A stretch of DNA of 10,344 nucleotides. Origin: Candidatus Bipolaricaulia bacterium. GTDB taxonomy: Bacteria > Bipolaricaulota > Bipolaricaulia > RBG-16-55-9. Both the position numbers and the translations under genes were made by a program. The notes under the pieces were generated by a model, which was not told where the DNA came from, ran no database searches, and saw only the letters and a program-made list of their open reading frames with translations. This document shows, piece by piece, positions 7,561 through 10,344 of this stretch (position 1 is its first letter; each line of letters starts with the position of its first letter). Location: the NCBI GenBank assembly GCA_042219045.1, contig JBDGQO010000052.1:1-10344 (forward strand), read 5' to 3'.

Positions 7561-7592
7561 TGAGTAGAGTCGATATGGGAGCCGACAACGCC

Positions 7593-8255
7593 ATGGCCAA
7601 CAAGACGGAGGCCGTCGAAGACTACCTCAAAGCCGTCCACGAGCTGGAACGGACCCACGACCAAGTCACGACGTCCGCGCTGGCGGCGCGTCTGGACGTG
7701 GCCCCCGCCTCCGTGACCGGCATGGTCAAAAAGCTCGCCGAAATGAACCTTGTCACGCACGAGCCCTATCATGGCGTCAAGCTGACCGAGGGGGGCCGCA
7801 AGCTGGCACTCGAGGTGATCCGTCATCATCGACTCATGGAGCTCTATCTGGCGGAGGCGCTCGACGTCCCCTGGGACCAGGTCCACAACGAGGCCGAGGT
7901 CTGGGAACACGTGCTCTCGGAGGACCTGGAGGACCGCATTGCCGCGCAACTGGGACATCCCACCACGGACCCCCATGGCGCGCCGATCCCCAGCCGCGAG
8001 GGCGAACTCCCCGAGGCCGACACGTCCCGCTTGGGCGAGCTGGACCCGGGACAGTCGGCGACGGTGGCCGAAGTGAGCGACCACGACCCGGAGCTTTTGC
8101 GCTATCTCGGTAGCCTCGGCCTCTATCCGCAGGCCTCCGTCCGACTGATCGACCGGGCACCCTACAACGGGCCGTTGACGCTGGTGGTGGATGGGGAGGA
8201 GCGCATCTTGGGTCGAGAAGCCGCGGAGCACGTCTTCGTCACGCCCTCGGCCTGA
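7593..8255 (+). CDS. mntR: DtxR/MntR-family metal-dependent transcriptional repressor with C-terminal FeoA domain, probably Mn2+-sensing (about 220 aa)
   Basis: EAVEDYLKAV, HTH (SALAARLDVAPASVTGMVKKL), RHHRLMELYL, EAEVWEH, LGHPTTDPHGAPIP and a FeoA-like tail (ELLRYLGSLGLYP). ATG 7593 follows GGGAG; ATG 7575 is an alternative start. Confidence 0.9.
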   Translation: MANKTEAVEDYLKAVHELERTHDQVTTSALAARLDVAPASVTGMVKKLAEMNLVTHEPYHGVKLTEGGRKLALEVIRHHRLMELYLAEALDVPWDQVHNEAEVWEHVLSEDLEDRIAAQLGHPTTDPHGAPIPSREGELPEADTSRLGELDPGQSATVAEVSDHDPELLRYLGSLGLYPQASVRLIDRAPYNGPLTLVVDGEERILGREAAEHVFVTPSA

Positions 8256-8334
8256 ACATCCAGGCTTCATCGGGCCTTCGCTCCGCTCTCCGTTCGTCTC
8301 TGCAATCCGCAACGGCGACCTATCCCCGAACCTA

Positions 8335-8364
8335 TTGACGAAGCGCGAGGCGTTCGGTTACGTT
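8335..8364 (+). promoter_or_regulatory. Putative sigma70-type promoter of the lacI-rbsK operon
   Basis: TTGACG (8335-8340), 18-bp spacer, TACGTT (8359-8364), immediately followed by LacI-type operators. Confidence 0.6.
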
Positions 8365-8390
8365 GAAACCGATTTCGAAACCGTTTTCAA
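8363..8390. promoter_or_regulatory. Tandem LacI-family operator (probably autoregulatory)
   Basis: TTGAAACCGATTTCGAAACCGTTTTCAA contains two abutting CG-centred palindromes, GAAACCGATTTC and GAAACCGTTTTC, that fit the LacI-family AANCGNTT pattern. It lies between the -10 and the RBS of a LacI gene. Confidence 0.8.
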
Positions 8391-8402
8391 AGGGAGCGCG
8401 CA

Positions 8403-9425
8403 ATGGGGGCCCGATCATCGGTGACGATTCGCGACGTGGCGCGCCGCGCTGACGTCTCCATATCGAGCGTCTCACGGGTGCTTAACGAAAGCAGTGGCGT
8501 CAGCCCCGAAATCCGTCACCGTGTCCAGGCCGCCATCGATGAACTCGGCTACCTGCCTTACAAGTCGGCCCAGATCCTCAAGAAGAAACGGACGGGCGTG
8601 ATCGGCGCCGTCATCCCGGACGTCTCCAATCCCTTCTTCTCCAAGATGGTCCGAGGCATGGCGAAGGCGGCCCGAGATGCCGACTTCAGCGTGCTCATCT
8701 GCGACACGGAGAACCGCGCCGAGATCGAGCGGAATCACCTCGACGTCCTGATCCAAGAACAGGTCGAAGGGGTGCTCCTGACGACCGCCGAGCGACATAA
8801 CACGGCGCTGGATCAGCTCCAAGAACGTGGCATTCCCACGGTCGCCGCCGACCGTCGCATTGACGACGCAGCTATCCCGACGGTCTGCACCGACGGCGTG
8901 GCCGACGCCCGGATGCTGACCGATTACCTGGTCGAGTTGGGATATGGGAAATTCGCGTTCTTGGCGGGTCCAGACCCCGTCAGCACGGCCCGAGAGCGCC
9001 GTCGCGGGTTTGTCCAGACTGCAGAGCGACTTGGCATCGACGCGACAGTCCTGGACTCCCCCGACGCCGGCTATACCTTCGAGAGCGGTTACAACGCGGC
9101 GCAGGCGCTTCTCAACGGCGCATCGCCCCTGCCCGAGGTCGTCATTGCGGCGAACGATCTCATGGCGCTTGGCGCCATGCGCGCCCTGGACGAGCAGGGC
9201 CACGCCATCCCGGCCGACATCGGCGTGGCCGGCTTTGACGGAATCCCGCTTTCGGGGTGGGTTCGACCTTGCCTGACGACCGTCGAGATCCCGGCGTTCG
9301 AGCTCGGCCGCGAAGCCATGGCCTTGTTGCTGCACGCGGTGGATCGCGGCCCGACGGCCGTCGACTCGTCGGCCCCGATGCCGACGCGTCTCGTGCCGGG
9401 CGAGTCCACACGGAGGCAGCCATGA
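8403..9425 (+). CDS. LacI-family transcriptional regulator (RbsR-like by context), 340 aa
   Basis: HTH VTIRDVARRADVSISSVSRVLN, hinge LGYLPYKSAQIL, IGAVIPDVSNPFF, ANDLMALGAM, DIGVAGFDG, and PCLTTV. RBS AAGGGAG. Confidence 0.95.
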   Translation: MGARSSVTIRDVARRADVSISSVSRVLNESSGVSPEIRHRVQAAIDELGYLPYKSAQILKKKRTGVIGAVIPDVSNPFFSKMVRGMAKAARDADFSVLICDTENRAEIERNHLDVLIQEQVEGVLLTTAERHNTALDQLQERGIPTVAADRRIDDAAIPTVCTDGVADARMLTDYLVELGYGKFAFLAGPDPVSTARERRRGFVQTAERLGIDATVLDSPDAGYTFESGYNAAQALLNGASPLPEVVIAANDLMALGAMRALDEQGHAIPADIGVAGFDGIPLSGWVRPCLTTVEIPAFELGREAMALLLHAVDRGPTAVDSSAPMPTRLVPGESTRRQP

Positions 9426-10344
9426 GCGACATTGCCGTGCTGGGCAGCCTCAATCTGGACCTTGTCGTAACGATGGAAGGGTTCCCCCAGCCGGGCGAGA
9501 CCGTGCATGCCCGCGAGGTGGACCAGGTTCCCGGCGGCAAGGGAGCCAACCAGGCGGTCGCGTGCGGGCGTTTGGGTCAGGCAACGACGATGTACGGCGC
9601 CGTCGGCGACGACGGCTTTCAGTCTCCCCTTCTGGCGTCCTTGGAGGCAACGGGCGTCCGAACGGACGAGATCCGGCATTGTGAGGACGTGTCGACCGGA
9701 ACGGCATCGATATGGGTCGACGATAGCGGCGAAAACGCCATTGCCATTGTCGCGGGCGCGAACGGCCGAGTCGACGCCTCCTATGTCGATGAGGTCTGGG
9801 GCGGCTTGACCCGAGCGAGTTGGCTCCTGTTCCAACTGGAGATTCCCACGGCGGCGATGGCGCATGCGCTGTCCTGCCTGCCGGACGACGGACCGCAGGT
9901 CGTCCTCGACCCGGCGCCCGTGCAGGGCCTGGGGGGGCTGCCCTTGGAGCGCGTTCGCGTGCTGACGCCGAACCGACAGGAGCTACGAGCCCTGACAGGG
10001 GGCTCCACGGACGGCCCCGCGCAGATCGAGGCGGCCTGTCGAGCGCTGCGGGAAGATGCCGTCGGCAGCGACGTGGTCTGCAAGGCCGGCGCGGATGGGG
10101 CTTACGTCTTGACGAACGATCGCTTCGAGCATATTCCCGGGTTCTCCGTGGAGGTCGTGGACACGACGGCCGCGGGCGACGCGTTCAACGCCGGGCTCGC
10201 CGCCGCGTTAAGTGGCGGGCGGCGTTTGGAAGACGCGATCCGTTTCGCCAACGCCGTCGGAGCCCTCGCTACAACGGCTCAGGGAGCTCAGCCGTCCATG
10301 CCCACGCAGGCAGCCGTGCGGTCGTTTCTGAATCGGGTTGAGAA
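9422..10344 (+). CDS. rbsK: Ribokinase (PfkB family), 3' end truncated by the window edge
   Basis: ATG 9422 overlaps the LacI TGA (ATGA). Hand translation gives MSDIAVLGSLNLDLV...PQPGETV...PGGKGANQAVA...GAVGDDGF...GENAIAIVAGAN...QLEIP...DPAP...TPNRQE...VDTTAAGDAFNAG...GAQPSMP, with both PfkB signatures and ribokinase-type sugar-binding residues. There is no stop before 10344. Confidence 0.92.
   Translation, partial: MSDIAVLGSLNLDLVVTMEGFPQPGETVHAREVDQVPGGKGANQAVACGRLGQATTMYGAVGDDGFQSPLLASLEATGVRTDEIRHCEDVSTGTASIWVDDSGENAIAIVAGANGRVDASYVDEVWGGLTRASWLLFQLEIPTAAMAHALSCLPDDGPQVVLDPAPVQGLGGLPLERVRVLTPNRQELRALTGGSTDGPAQIEAACRALREDAVGSDVVCKAGADGAYVLTNDRFEHIPGFSVEVVDTTAAGDAFNAGLAAALSGGRRLEDAIRFANAVGALATTAQGAQPSMPTQAAVRSFLNRVE

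Noticed and set aside
7554..7576. Possible MntR autoregulatory palindrome near the -10
   Set aside because: The arms are only 4 bp (CTAC/GTAG) or heavily mismatched, which is too weak to call.
5590..9865. Long minus-strand ORFs (5590-6540, 6351-7526, 7554-8312, 8472-9335, 9089-9865)
   Set aside because: They are antisense shadows of well-supported plus-strand genes in GC-rich DNA.
9820..10341. 173-aa plus-strand ORF
   Set aside because: It is out of frame within rbsK, whose own frame carries all PfkB motifs.
1..10344. CRISPR array, tRNA/rRNA, IS element, Rho-independent terminators, CRP box
   Set aside because: I saw no spaced repeats, cloverleaf, transposase, hairpin with U-tract or TGTGA-N6-TCACA site by eye.

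Overview
GC-rich bacterial chromosomal window with eight protein-coding genes and no recognisable mobile element, CRISPR array, tRNA or rRNA. The minus strand at left holds a stand-alone cyclic-nucleotide-binding (CNB) protein (2702-3127). It is followed by a class III adenylate cyclase with a single TM helix, a TolB-like domain and a TPR array (2456 to beyond the left edge; missing from the ORF track). Divergently on the plus strand are a K+-independent membrane H+-pyrophosphatase (hppA, start 3501), a YhaQ/YhaP (NatA/NatB)-like ABC ATPase and permease, a DtxR/MntR-family Mn-type repressor with a FeoA domain, and a LacI regulator coupled to a ribokinase (rbsK, runs off the right edge; also missing from the ORF track). 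Four sigma70-like promoters and a tandem LacI operator are visible. The most interesting hypothesis is a receptor-cyclase plus stand-alone cNMP receptor module sitting head-to-head with a PPi-consuming proton pump. All families are individually known, the functional link is inference only, and all calls come from motif reading by eye rather than database searches.
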